From: an uncultured archaeon
GTDB taxonomy: Archaea > Aenigmatarchaeota > Aenigmatarchaeia > CG10238-14 > SCSR01
Reading direction: 5' to 3'
DNA: 64,000 nt
Assembly (NCBI GenBank): GCA_964512235.1
Contig: CAZEGD010000003.1
Location: forward strand, 101 to 64,100
In this document: one piece after another, positions 10,007 through 19,958 of the stretch
Layout: each line of letters begins with the position of its first letter
Position numbering within the stretch: position 1 is the first letter of the stretch
The notes under the pieces: model-generated
What the model was told of the DNA's origin: nothing
Databases searched by the model: none
Seen by the model: only the letters and a program-made list of their open reading frames with translations
Translations under genes and position numbers: made by a program

Positions 10007-10813
10007 TTAAGCAATTCCCCTATTCTCTCTTTGTCTTTTAATAAAAGACTTGAGGTCAAATGAATACTCTCTTATTGTTTTCTCAGTTGCTTCATCTGGC
10101 TGCACTTCACCAGGCATATTTTTCAAGTTATCTTTTATTCTATAAGTTGTATTTAAGAATTCTCTATTTTCTTCAGTCAGATTACCTTCAAAAAGTTCTA
10201 TTTGTAAGACAGTTCCAACACTCTTGGATATAGAATCCATTACATCTCTCATAGTATCAACTTGTCTTTTCAAAAAGCTCTTTGATGTAAGTTCTTTGTG
10301 CAAAGCTTCTAGCTCTTCTAGTTCTTTTACATGTTTTGGTTTAACTTCTGCACTTTTATTTTCAATACTAGCACTAGACAAGGGGTTTGATGCTTCTTCT
10401 ACTTTTTTATTTAATATATCGGCTTCTGTTATTAAAAATTCTTTTTTAATATATGACCTTAATTCTCGAAATTTTCGAGGAATTTTAGTTAAGATATCTA
10501 TACATTCACTGTAAGTTTCATCATCAATTTTATTGCAATGTATTTCGACCCTTCTATATTCTCTTCTTTTTTCAACTCCTGGGATAATTTTTAAATCACT
10601 AAGAATACCTAAAAAGGTATAGTAATTTTTTCTTAATTTTTGGATCCACACATTCTGTATATGGAAAAGGTACGCCACACTATCATAAGGAGGAGCATTC
10701 GAATTTGTCTGCTCCAAATTTTGGAATAATTCATTTTCAAACTCTTGATATCTTTTTAAGGTACCTATTATTTTCGATTTTAATTCTAGATTTGCTATAT
10801 CTGTATCAATCAT
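10007..10813 (-). CDS. Hypothetical, coiled-coil rich
   Basis: 268-aa ORF, Lys/Glu-rich heptad-like central region. Confidence 0.6.
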   Translation of the reverse strand: MIDTDIANLELKSKIIGTLKRYQEFENELFQNLEQTNSNAPPYDSVAYLFHIQNVWIQKLRKNYYTFLGILSDLKIIPGVEKRREYRRVEIHCNKIDDETYSECIDILTKIPRKFRELRSYIKKEFLITEADILNKKVEEASNPLSSASIENKSAEVKPKHVKELEELEALHKELTSKSFLKRQVDTMRDVMDSISKSVGTVLQIELFEGNLTEENREFLNTTYRIKDNLKNMPGEVQPDEATEKTIREYSFDLKSFIKRQRENRGIA

Positions 10814-10976
10814 CTTAATCTAATTAGGAGATACAAAACTAACCTTTAAATACCTTTAACCTATCTAGAGTAAAAAAAAATTATGAACCCCAACCTATCT
10901 AATAAATGCATGTGTAAGAAGCTTACAACTCAACCAAAATACATTTTTATATACTTTTAAAACGAAATCTAATTTA

Positions 10977-11861
10977 ATGGTTAACATGAACAAAAAAGGG
11001 TTGATTCTATCATTCGTACTTTCTTTCATGCTTTTAACTAATGTAGCTCTTGCTCAGTATGAGTGGTTTAGCGACCTTGGTGAATTATTTGGAGCGGGTG
11101 GTGGTGGAGCGCCACCAGATGCGTTGATAGGTTTTTTAAACTATTTTGGAGTTCCAGAAGACATCCTTGTTGGTTGGGGAGGGATATTTTACTACATAAT
11201 CATACCATTGGCTACGTTTGCGCTAGTTCTGAAAGCCATACTCGTTGAGGAAATAATGGTAAACACGATGAAATTAGAAACATTCAGAGATTGGAGGGGG
11301 TGGCTGTTTATACTTTTAATTCTGGGGTTCTTGCTCCCAACTGGTCTTGTGGGAATGACTGCAATGTGGCTTTATGCCAGTGCTGGTATACTGGTCATAT
11401 ACGGGTTTGGGGCATTGCTGCTCATGGCTGTTATCCAAAAATTAACTTATATGAGAGGGGGGAGGGATTATTATACTTTGGTAATAGGAGTTATAGTTGC
11501 TGCACTTGTAGCAGCATTTATACCTAACGTAGGAATCGTATTGGCCGGATTAGCCATCTTTATGTCAATCGTTGGTTATAGAAGAACTCGTAGAATTGCT
11601 GTAATGGGTCCTTTGGGGGATAAAAAACAGAAAGAATTAGACTACGCTGATAATATCATGGGCAATATAAAGAGGCATTTGAAGGGAAAGAAAGAATTGA
11701 AGACATATCGTAACAAAGAGCCATTTCTTAGGGATGCTCAGAACCTAGCTAGCGATCTTATAAATGAAAGAATTAGCCTCACCAATGCAAGAAAAGAATT
11801 CAAAGCATTAAAGACAAGGATAGACGATGCAGATGCTGCAGCTAAACAGAAAAAACCTTAA
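10977..11861 (+). CDS. Signal-peptide-bearing polytopic membrane protein, paralog F
   Basis: LMLLTNVALAQ signal; YYIIIPLATFALVLKAILVEEIMVN shared with 11975..12826. Confidence 0.8.
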   Translation: MVNMNKKGLILSFVLSFMLLTNVALAQYEWFSDLGELFGAGGGGAPPDALIGFLNYFGVPEDILVGWGGIFYYIIIPLATFALVLKAILVEEIMVNTMKLETFRDWRGWLFILLILGFLLPTGLVGMTAMWLYASAGILVIYGFGALLLMAVIQKLTYMRGGRDYYTLVIGVIVAALVAAFIPNVGIVLAGLAIFMSIVGYRRTRRIAVMGPLGDKKQKELDYADNIMGNIKRHLKGKKELKTYRNKEPFLRDAQNLASDLINERISLTNARKEFKALKTRIDDADAAAKQKKP

Positions 11862-11974
11862 TATTTAATTTCCTTAACTTCTTCTTCTCAGATTCTATGT
11901 TAATTCCCTTAGGACTTTTCCTCAATATTTTTTAACGATTTATGTCTTAAATCCAAAATTTAATCTAGGTTGAT

Positions 11975-12826
11975 ATGGACAGGAAAATCTTGATTCTCTC
12001 ATTTATCACTATCTATCTTCTTTTAGTCCCAGTTGTTCTAGCCCAAATTCCAGAATTTGAATTTGGCGTTGGAATCCCTAGTGACTTTGCAAACCTCTTA
12101 GAAAGTTTTGGAATCCCTAGAGGACTCAGCGTCGATTACGGACTCCTTTTAATCTACATCATAGTCCCGATGATAACCTTTATTATAGTTTTGAAAGCCA
12201 TACTCGTCGACCAGATAATGGTGAACTTATCTCCGAGTTTCAGTGGTGCAATGGGTTGGATATTCTGCATTCTAGTAATCATCTTCCTGCTGCCGACAGG
12301 GCTGATAGGTGCGGTAGCCATGATGCTCTATGCTTTATCAGGCATAGTCGTAATATACGGGTTTGGGTTTTTGATACTGATGGAAACATTTAATTATTTT
12401 ACAAGAGGTAAGCCATGGTGGTGGAAATTTATCATATTCGGCATCATAGGCTTTTTCATAGCAACAGTCTTCCTCCCTGGCATAGGTGTCTTAGTAGGAC
12501 TCATTATCGTGGCATACTCAATCTTTAGGGCTTGGAGGTCAAGGGCAAACATAAAGGCTGCATTGCTGGGACTAAAACCACTCGAGGGAGAGCTAAGAAA
12601 GGGAAAATTTGAAAAAGCTGTGAGAGATATTACTCGTGAGATAGGAAAATTACCATCCAATATGCGAGCAGACGCTGAACTAAAATATATAGAATCTCTC
12701 GAGGATGCAGGCGCAAAATACATATCTAACGCCATTGACGAAAATGCATGGAAAAAACAAATCAATAGTATCAAAGAAAGAATAAAAGCACAGAAAGAAG
12801 CCCATAAAAGAATAGAAAAGAGTTAA
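11975..12826 (+). CDS. Signal-peptide-bearing polytopic membrane protein, paralog G
   Basis: IIVPMITFIIVLKAILVDQIMVN and FILLPTGLIG(A)VAMM match paralog F. Confidence 0.8.
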   Translation: MDRKILILSFITIYLLLVPVVLAQIPEFEFGVGIPSDFANLLESFGIPRGLSVDYGLLLIYIIVPMITFIIVLKAILVDQIMVNLSPSFSGAMGWIFCILVIIFLLPTGLIGAVAMMLYALSGIVVIYGFGFLILMETFNYFTRGKPWWWKFIIFGIIGFFIATVFLPGIGVLVGLIIVAYSIFRAWRSRANIKAALLGLKPLEGELRKGKFEKAVRDITREIGKLPSNMRADAELKYIESLEDAGAKYISNAIDENAWKKQINSIKERIKAQKEAHKRIEKS

Positions 12827-12838
12827 TCTTTCAATAGT

Positions 12839-13543
12839 TTATCCTTCCCTTTTCATCCTCTGCACCAGATCGCTCAGCGCGCGCACGCTCTCTATCAGCG
12901 CAGGCAAAGTCTCCTTGAAAGCCTTCTCCAACCCAGACAATCGTATGTGTATGTCCTGCAAGCTCGTCCCCACACCTTCAACTTTCGTTATCACCTGGTT
13001 CTGCTCGCCGCTGCGGCCTTGTATTACCGTATTCAGCTGGTGCTTTATCTCTTCCATTCTCTTCTCAAGTTCTGTATAGCGGATGGCAAACTCATTCATC
13101 TGGTGCTGCACATCAGTCATTCGCTCGTTTATGGCATAATCAACATAGTCCTCAGTAGGATAGCTCTGGTAGTATTCTGATGGCAGGGACGTCTCGGGTA
13201 CTACTGGCTGCGACGGTTTTATCTGCTCCATCGTTGGCAGCATCGATGACTGCTGCGCTGGCGGGAATGATGGCTGCCTTGCATTCTGCTGCATGCCTTC
13301 CGCGGGCGTGAATGACGGCTTTTCAGCAGTATATGTTGTGACAGGCTCTCCCCTTACACCGCCCTTTAGCGTCTGCGTCAACGCCGAGTCTATCTCCTCC
13401 GGTGCAAATCCCTCTCTCCTCAACGCATCTATGACATCCGTTTCAGAGAAGCCTCGCGACATAAGTTGCTGCACTCTGTTAGTCGGTGCATATCCTTTGC
13501 CCTTTATTTTCTCCTCTTTGCCACTAAGAAAAGGTATCTTCAT
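12839..13543 (-). CDS. UBA-like/coiled-coil protein
   Basis: VQQLMSRGFSETDVIDALRREGFAPEEIDSAL N-terminal three-helix-like motif, Pro/Gln-rich linker, C-terminal coiled coil. Confidence 0.65.
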   Translation of the reverse strand: MKIPFLSGKEEKIKGKGYAPTNRVQQLMSRGFSETDVIDALRREGFAPEEIDSALTQTLKGGVRGEPVTTYTAEKPSFTPAEGMQQNARQPSFPPAQQSSMLPTMEQIKPSQPVVPETSLPSEYYQSYPTEDYVDYAINERMTDVQHQMNEFAIRYTELEKRMEEIKHQLNTVIQGRSGEQNQVITKVEGVGTSLQDIHIRLSGLEKAFKETLPALIESVRALSDLVQRMKREG

Positions 13544-13615
13544 TTATTTCGACCTTAATAATTTTTCTCGTTCTATTATAATAAATGTTTGTTAGTAGAA
13601 GAAAATTAAATTTTA

Positions 13616-14050
13616 TTAAACCCTTTTCCTCGTCTTCGTCATTCTGTCTTCAAGCGCGCGCTCAAGTTCGCCCTTTGTTATGAACTCCGAAGTTATGGGA
13701 TTGATAATATCTATAAATGTCTCAAGCTGCTTGACTTCATTTTTCGTTGCAGTCTTGTCAAGTCTGTTATTTATCCTAGCCACCTCATTCTCCATCGTTA
13801 TTATCCTGTCCGACACGTCTACAATCTTGTTAGATATCTTCTCCAGTTCCAGCTTCAGTTCATTCAGCTGCATGAGCACAGTCTCATCCAGGCTTCTCAT
13901 TCCATTCTCCATTCTTTCAATCTTCTGCTCCATGAAATGTATTCGTCGGGCGTTCTGGTTTATCCTCTGTATCAGCTCGGACATTACAGAATTGCTATCG
14001 CCTTTCCGCGGCTGCGACTGGAACGATTTTTGGATTTCGTCTGACGGCAT
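13616..14050 (-). CDS. Coiled-coil protein, possibly archaellar accessory (ArlC/D/E)-like
   Basis: Heptads through 144 aa, ending INPITSEFITKGELERALEDRM. Confidence 0.55.
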   Translation of the reverse strand: MPSDEIQKSFQSQPRKGDSNSVMSELIQRINQNARRIHFMEQKIERMENGMRSLDETVLMQLNELKLELEKISNKIVDVSDRIITMENEVARINNRLDKTATKNEVKQLETFIDIINPITSEFITKGELERALEDRMTKTRKRV

Positions 14051-14130
14051 GGCAATCCTCTGGATAATGATGACTACTATAAAGAATTTGTGTCGCCGTA
14101 GATAAATTTAATTAGGTATATGCAAGATGG

Positions 14131-16380
14131 TTGGAAAAAATGGCAGTTGACTATAAAATTGAAGACGGTACAGCGAGAATAGACGCACGCAACTGGGTGA
14201 TAGAGCCAAGCATTGAGAATTCTGAGGCATGCATGGCCGTTGTCATTGACATATTGCAAGAATCGAAAAATATAGAGCGCATAGTTCTCGCGGAAGTGAG
14301 GGATGTGGAATACGACTTTGAGCAGACGCAATTGCTTGCAAGCATCGCTCGGGCACACAACAAAATATTGAATGAAGAAAAGCTGATGAGCATAGAAAAG
14401 CTCGGCCCGAGGGAGTGCTCGGTGCTGCTGCCCGCCAGGTTCAAGGAGCTGCAGTTCTTGATTCTGGAAGTCCTGCGCAAGGACCCGATAGGTGCCTACG
14501 TCAAAGTGAAGATGATGATAAACAAGGCACAGGAGAAGATGAAAAAGATGAAGATGAAACAGTGCTTCAAGCAGTACATAGATGAAGTGCTGATTCCGAT
14601 GAAAAATATACTGGAGTCTACAGAGATGATAAAGGCTGCACAGCCGTATCTACGCATCTTCAAATTCGGTGACCGCCGGATCTACAGGGAGCTGTTCAAG
14701 CCTGTGATCAGGCCAACATTCATGCTCACTCGCTACATGATCGTCCCACCAAAGGGAGGGAGGCTCATGGAAAAGTACAACATAGCAGCCAATACGACTG
14801 TAGAGATATTCAGCGTGCCAGGCAGGGTGAGGCACAGCTATTTCATAACCCCTCCAGAGTTCAGGTTGAGCGAAGAGAAGTATGCCGTGCTGGACATGGC
14901 GCGCCGGTATCTAGCAGAGCACAGGCCGAGCGAGACGGAGTTCGCAGACCCGGAGCGTGCGCGCGAGGTGTTTATGAACATAAGCCGCGACCTCATCGCT
15001 GACGTGTCAAGGTCGATGAATGTGATGCTTACTGTGAAAGAGATAGAAGAGCTCGCCGTGGTGCTGTCACGCTATACTGCAGGATTTGGTGTGCTTGAGC
15101 TGTTGCTTAGCGACGATAAGATACAGGATTTGTACATAAATTCGCCCATCGGGTTGACACCGATATATGTCTATCATTCAGATTTCGAGGAATGCATAAC
15201 AAACCTCATACCTACAAGGGAGGATGCAGAAGCTTGGGCGACCCGATTCAGGCTGTATTCTGGCAGGCCATTGGACGAAGCCAACCCAGTGCTTGACACT
15301 GAGCTGACAGTGCCTGGAGGGCGCGCACGTGTCGCAGCCATCACCCGCACACTAAGTCCTGAAGGACTGGCATTCACCCTACGCCGTCACCGCGAGAGGC
15401 CATGGACATTCCCACTTTTCATACAGAACAGGTTTATCGATCCGCTGTATGCAGGATTGATGAGTTTCATAGTCGATGGCGGCCGTGCAATATTGATAGC
15501 AGGCGGACGTAGCTCGGGGAAGACAAGCTTGCTAGGTGCGATGATGCTGGAGATATTGCGGAAGTTCAGGTTCATTGTGCAGGAAGATACTTTAGAGCTA
15601 CCTATAGTGTACATGCGAAAGCTAGGCTACAATGTCGAGCGGCTGAAGTCACGCTCCGTGATTACACAAATAGAGACTGAGCTGTCTGCTGATGAAGCTC
15701 TAAGGACAGCGCTCAGATTAGGAGATTCAGTCCTGATTCTGGGCGAAGTGCGCAGCGTAGAGGGCAAAGCATTGTTCGAAGCTATGCGCATAGGCGCGCT
15801 TGCAAATGTGGTCGCCGGTACAATACATGGTGAGTCTGCTTACGGAGTCTACGACCGTGTGGTGAATGATCTAGGAGTGCCGTCTACGAGCTTTAAAGCC
15901 ATAGATCTGATTACGATATGCAACATGCTGCACAGCCCGGACGGTCTGCATCGCTTCCGAAGAGTCGTTGCTTTGACAGAAGTGCGGAAGCACTGGAAGG
16001 ATGATCCTGGAGCAGAAGCCGGGTTTGTGAATCTCATGGAATATTCGGCAAAGGAAGACAGGATGAAGCCTACGGATACTTTGACTGACGGAGAGTCTGA
16101 GGTGCTTAATGAAATTGCAAAGCGCGTGCGTGAATGGCATGGTAGATGGGACGTAATGTGGGACAACATAATGCTGCGGACGAAGATAAAAGAGGCGATG
16201 GTGAAGTACTCTGAAAAATTCAATAGGCCAGATATGCTGGAGGCAGACTGGGTGCTTGACAGCAATGAAATGTTCCATTTGATATCCGACAAAGTGAAGA
16301 AGGAAGTCGGTGGATTGGATAGTAAGCTCATCTACAGCCGATGGGAAGATTGGTTCAAGAATAGGATAAAACAGAAGTAG
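14131..16380 (+). CDS. Type II/IV secretion / archaellum-pilus ATPase (ArlI/TadA/VirB11 family)
   Basis: GGRSSGKTSLLGAMM (Walker A), GDSVLILGEVRSVEG (Walker B), GTIHGES (His box); long N-terminal extension. Confidence 0.92.
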   Translation: MEKMAVDYKIEDGTARIDARNWVIEPSIENSEACMAVVIDILQESKNIERIVLAEVRDVEYDFEQTQLLASIARAHNKILNEEKLMSIEKLGPRECSVLLPARFKELQFLILEVLRKDPIGAYVKVKMMINKAQEKMKKMKMKQCFKQYIDEVLIPMKNILESTEMIKAAQPYLRIFKFGDRRIYRELFKPVIRPTFMLTRYMIVPPKGGRLMEKYNIAANTTVEIFSVPGRVRHSYFITPPEFRLSEEKYAVLDMARRYLAEHRPSETEFADPERAREVFMNISRDLIADVSRSMNVMLTVKEIEELAVVLSRYTAGFGVLELLLSDDKIQDLYINSPIGLTPIYVYHSDFEECITNLIPTREDAEAWATRFRLYSGRPLDEANPVLDTELTVPGGRARVAAITRTLSPEGLAFTLRRHRERPWTFPLFIQNRFIDPLYAGLMSFIVDGGRAILIAGGRSSGKTSLLGAMMLEILRKFRFIVQEDTLELPIVYMRKLGYNVERLKSRSVITQIETELSADEALRTALRLGDSVLILGEVRSVEGKALFEAMRIGALANVVAGTIHGESAYGVYDRVVNDLGVPSTSFKAIDLITICNMLHSPDGLHRFRRVVALTEVRKHWKDDPGAEAGFVNLMEYSAKEDRMKPTDTLTDGESEVLNEIAKRVREWHGRWDVMWDNIMLRTKIKEAMVKYSEKFNRPDMLEADWVLDSNEMFHLISDKVKKEVGGLDSKLIYSRWEDWFKNRIKQK

Positions 16381-16425
16381 CAAATCAATAAAGATATATG
16401 ACGAAAAAAAGAAATTTAATAGTAG

Positions 16426-16713
16426 ATGATTATGACTGGCAGAAAGGGTGCAATACCAATACCCTATATAATCGCCATAATTTTCGGGATAGTTGTAATT
16501 GCGATAATTGGCTACTGGTTCTTTACGACCGCCGGCGATATTGGCAGCGCTAGTCAACAAGCAGATTGTGAAACAGCATTGTTTGAATTCTGCATAAGCT
16601 GGATTAGAGAAGGAGAAGCTAATAAACCTTTTGATCATAAAGTAGTAGAAGATTGTGGACCTCTTGATATAGGTGTACCTACGTTTGCCCAATGCACAAG
16701 TGTCTATACCTAA
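16426..16713 (+). CDS. Prepilin-like protein (class III signal peptide-like)
   Basis: GRKG|AIPIPYIIAIIFGIVVIAIIGYWFF; short Cys-containing ectodomain. Confidence 0.75.
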   Translation: MIMTGRKGAIPIPYIIAIIFGIVVIAIIGYWFFTTAGDIGSASQQADCETALFEFCISWIREGEANKPFDHKVVEDCGPLDIGVPTFAQCTSVYT

Positions 16714-16786
16714 TAATTTAGGCATATCATAAACTCCTTTCAAACCAATTCTTAATACGGACAAAAGCCAAAACTATTTTTAGATA

Positions 16787-18742
16787 TTGATGGTCAGAAG
16801 AGTCTCTAGGGAATACGATGAATTCTTGCGCGGCAAAGTGGAAATCAAGCCCACTCTGTATAGCCAAGCGTGCAAATTTGCAGAGAAAATCCTGCCTATC
16901 CAACCGGGAAAGGATTTGAATAAAAGATACCAGGAAGCGATAAATTTCTCGCACTTGAATGTCACTCCAAAAGGCGCGTTTTCCCTTGCAATTCTAGCCC
17001 TGTTATTAGTCGCAATAATTCCAATAGTTTTAGCTATTCTCCTCGGTATGTTCACAATCGGCCTTGTGGCGATGGCAATGATTTTTGCCGGCGTCACATT
17101 CTACTACCTGTATGACTATCCTCTGCACCATTCCGTGATTTTCCGTATAAAGGCAAGCTCAGAGATGGTCCTAGCTATAGTCTATATGACAATAGCGATG
17201 CGCATATCTCCGAATTTGGAGAATGCAGTCAAGTTTGCAGCCCGCAGTCTTAGCGGACCACTCGCTACAGATCTAAAGCAACTCATATGGGACGTCTATA
17301 TGAGGAAATACGACTCTATGTCTGAAGCTTTGGACGCTTTCATAACCAAGTGGAAGGTCGAAAACAGGGAATTCACAGAAGCCATATACTTGATAAAGAA
17401 CTCTTCTATAGGAACCACTGCAAGAAGGGAGAGCGTGCTAGATGAGGCAGTCTCAGTCGTGCTTGAGGGTACAAAGGAGAGGATGAAGCACTACGCGCAG
17501 GATCTGAGAACACCAGTCACAATATTGAATGCGATGGGAATACTGTTGCCTCTCATAGGGCTTGTGTTTTTGCCGCTTGTAGGACTCTTTATGTCAGAGA
17601 TATTCCAGCCAGTCTTTATAATAGTGGGCTACAATGTGATACTTCCACTGTCCGTGTATTGGATGATGAAGACCACTCTTGAGAAGAGACCATATAGCTT
17701 CCACCAGCCAGACCTTTCAAGGCACCCGAAGTTCAGAAAAAAGAAGATTGACACAACACTCATCATCTCAATGCTAATTCCTCTACCCACTACGGTCTTT
17801 GGGTTCTACTATTTTATGACTATAAAAGAGATTTTCAGCAATACTCTGCTATACTGTTCGCTGATAACGCTGTCGGGAATAGTTGGTGGCATAGTATTCT
17901 ATTGCATAATGTCTACTTGGAAGAAACTGAAAATAAGGCAGGAGATTATTGAAATAGAGCAAGGATTTACTGAAGCACTGTTCCAGATTGGCAAGCAACT
18001 GCAGCGTGGTATACCTATAGAGAAAGCAATCGAAAGGTTTGTAATGAATATGAAGGACTTGAAGATTGCAAGGATGTTCGAAATGGTTCTTTACAACATA
18101 AAGACTTTTGGAATGACATTCGAGCAGGCGGTCTTCGATGAGGAAAGGGGTGCAATAAGACAATATCCGTCCAAGACCGTGGATGCCACAATGCGCGCAA
18201 TAGTCGAAATCTCCAAGAGAGGCATGAAAGTGGTCTCGAATGCGATGATATCAATATCGAGATATATGAAAGACGTGCATGTCGTGGAAGAGGACCTTAG
18301 AGACATGCTGTCCGAGACTACGTCCACTATGAACATACAAGCCCTCTTCCTAGCACCGTTGACATCTGGGATAGTGATATCGATTTCCGCAATAATGATG
18401 CAGATGCTGCTGTCGTTCAAGGGAATGCTAGAAAGCATACAGGACCAGCTGTTCGCCTCCGGCCCATCTGGGTTCATGAGCGGCGGGATACTGACGTCAG
18501 TCCTCAATATAAACAAGATGATACCTGTGCACATATTCCAGCTCATAGTGGGCATATACCTGATAGAAGTGGTAGCGATGCTCGCGATGTTTCTCAGCAA
18601 GATACAATACGGCGAAGAGAATCTGATAAGGACCTATAACATAGGCAAGATGCTCTTATTGGCTACAGTTATCTATATGCTTATCGCGTTTTCGCTCTAT
18701 TCGGTATTCACATCAATCATGCCGGTTTTAATCATGCAGTAA
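16787..18742 (+). CDS. Type II secretion F / TadC / ArlJ-family membrane platform protein
   Basis: 651 aa with two T2SF-like regions (KFAARSLSGPLATDLKQLIWDVYMRKYDSMSEALDAF; ALFQIGKQLQRGIPIEKAIERF), located after the ATPase. Confidence 0.85.
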   Translation: MMVRRVSREYDEFLRGKVEIKPTLYSQACKFAEKILPIQPGKDLNKRYQEAINFSHLNVTPKGAFSLAILALLLVAIIPIVLAILLGMFTIGLVAMAMIFAGVTFYYLYDYPLHHSVIFRIKASSEMVLAIVYMTIAMRISPNLENAVKFAARSLSGPLATDLKQLIWDVYMRKYDSMSEALDAFITKWKVENREFTEAIYLIKNSSIGTTARRESVLDEAVSVVLEGTKERMKHYAQDLRTPVTILNAMGILLPLIGLVFLPLVGLFMSEIFQPVFIIVGYNVILPLSVYWMMKTTLEKRPYSFHQPDLSRHPKFRKKKIDTTLIISMLIPLPTTVFGFYYFMTIKEIFSNTLLYCSLITLSGIVGGIVFYCIMSTWKKLKIRQEIIEIEQGFTEALFQIGKQLQRGIPIEKAIERFVMNMKDLKIARMFEMVLYNIKTFGMTFEQAVFDEERGAIRQYPSKTVDATMRAIVEISKRGMKVVSNAMISISRYMKDVHVVEEDLRDMLSETTSTMNIQALFLAPLTSGIVISISAIMMQMLLSFKGMLESIQDQLFASGPSGFMSGGILTSVLNINKMIPVHIFQLIVGIYLIEVVAMLAMFLSKIQYGEENLIRTYNIGKMLLLATVIYMLIAFSLYSVFTSIMPVLIMQ

Positions 18743-18767
18743 ATAAGATTTAGATAGGGGAATAACG

Positions 18768-18905
18768 ATGAATGGACGCAAAAGCGAAATGAACATGAAG
18801 TCGATATGGTTTCTGGTCCTGTTAATTCTACTTATCTTTCTGATAATTTTATTTTATACACTCGGCAATGAAATAATTGAGGTACTTACCTCCACCTTCG
18901 CTTAA
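18768..18905 (+). CDS. Small single-TM protein
   Basis: MNGRKSEMNMKSIWFLVLLILLIFLIILFYTLGNEIIEVLTSTFA*; lies in the operon between the platform and prepilin genes (not in supplied ORF track). Confidence 0.5.
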   Translation: MNGRKSEMNMKSIWFLVLLILLIFLIILFYTLGNEIIEVLTSTFA

Positions 18906-18907
18906 AA

Positions 18908-19135
18908 ATGGGGAATGATATGAAAAAAAGAAGAAAGGGAATTGCAATAGAGACTATAGTGTATTTGGTGCTTGCGATCGTGGGACTAATTGTTCTATGG
19001 GTTTTCCTTTCAGGTCTGGCCCCAGTAATCAAAACAACCGTAGAGGAGATAGTGAAGGGAATAGGCTGCAAGATATGCGAAATATTTGGGGTTGCCGGCT
19101 GGGTTCTTAGCGCATTTTGCAGGAACTGCCCATAA
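18908..19135 (+). CDS. Prepilin-like protein
   Basis: KKRRKG|IAIETIVYLVLAIVGLIVLWVFL; Cys-rich C-terminus. Confidence 0.7.
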   Translation: MGNDMKKRRKGIAIETIVYLVLAIVGLIVLWVFLSGLAPVIKTTVEEIVKGIGCKICEIFGVAGWVLSAFCRNCP

Positions 19136-19199
19136 TAAGTAAAAGTTTCTTTGGACAAGATAATCGACAGTTTTAATTCTAGGACTCGAAATAATAATT

Positions 19200-19865
19200 A
19201 TGGAAATAAGAATGTCTGGGAGTAAAGGGGGAGGGATACCGACCAGGTGGATTGTCTTGGGATTTTTAGGTGTACTCGTCATATTGGGCATTTATGTAGT
19301 CTACGCGAAAGGTCATGAAATGTCTGGAGGTCTATTCGGTTTTTGGGACGACCTTTTTGGAGGAGGAGGACAAACGGGAGGAAAGACGGAGTTCGAGGCT
19401 GCCATAGAATGTGCTTATTACAGGTGCAAAGAGAACTGCCCGTATGCAATAACTAAAGCCGGAGCTGTCGGTGATTTTAATTGCCTAGATTATTGCAAAG
19501 AAGAATGGACTGATGACAATAGACGAATTTGTGATGGACATCCTATCGAAATACAGTTAAGTAGTGGTGAAACTATAGAGGCCAGTTGGTGGCGCCAGAT
19601 TACAGGGGGCTCCAACAATGCACTATCTCGATCGGACTGTATAGTGGACAGAATATATAGGTATAGCAATCTCAACCTAATTTTTCCAATAGACTCCTCA
19701 GAATGCAACATAGAAAGTGCTGGTGTAGATGGAATAATCTACAGCAGTTGCAAGTTGACATCAGATGGTACTTTTTACATATGGAGTGAAAAACACTATT
19801 GGCCAAATGAATGTACAGTTGGTGCTACTTGTATAGCTACCATAATTTGCGACAGGCAACCGTGA
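19200..19865 (+). CDS. Prepilin-like protein with Cys-rich ectodomain (paralog 1)
   Basis: SKGGG|IPTRWIVLGFLGVLVILG; FEAAIECAYYRCKENCP motif. Confidence 0.75.
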   Translation: MEIRMSGSKGGGIPTRWIVLGFLGVLVILGIYVVYAKGHEMSGGLFGFWDDLFGGGGQTGGKTEFEAAIECAYYRCKENCPYAITKAGAVGDFNCLDYCKEEWTDDNRRICDGHPIEIQLSSGETIEASWWRQITGGSNNALSRSDCIVDRIYRYSNLNLIFPIDSSECNIESAGVDGIIYSSCKLTSDGTFYIWSEKHYWPNECTVGATCIATIICDRQP

Positions 19866-19958
19866 AATATTTTGAGAATATAAATTTAGTCGATTTAGAC
19901 TCAATGATATGATAATTAAAAATCGACAGTTTTAATTCTAGAACTCGAAATAATAATT

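Noticed and set aside
15871-16764. Long minus-strand ORF of 297 aa
   Set aside because: Antisense to the ATPase and first prepilin gene; His/Phe/Tyr-rich translation is typical of a spurious shadow ORF.
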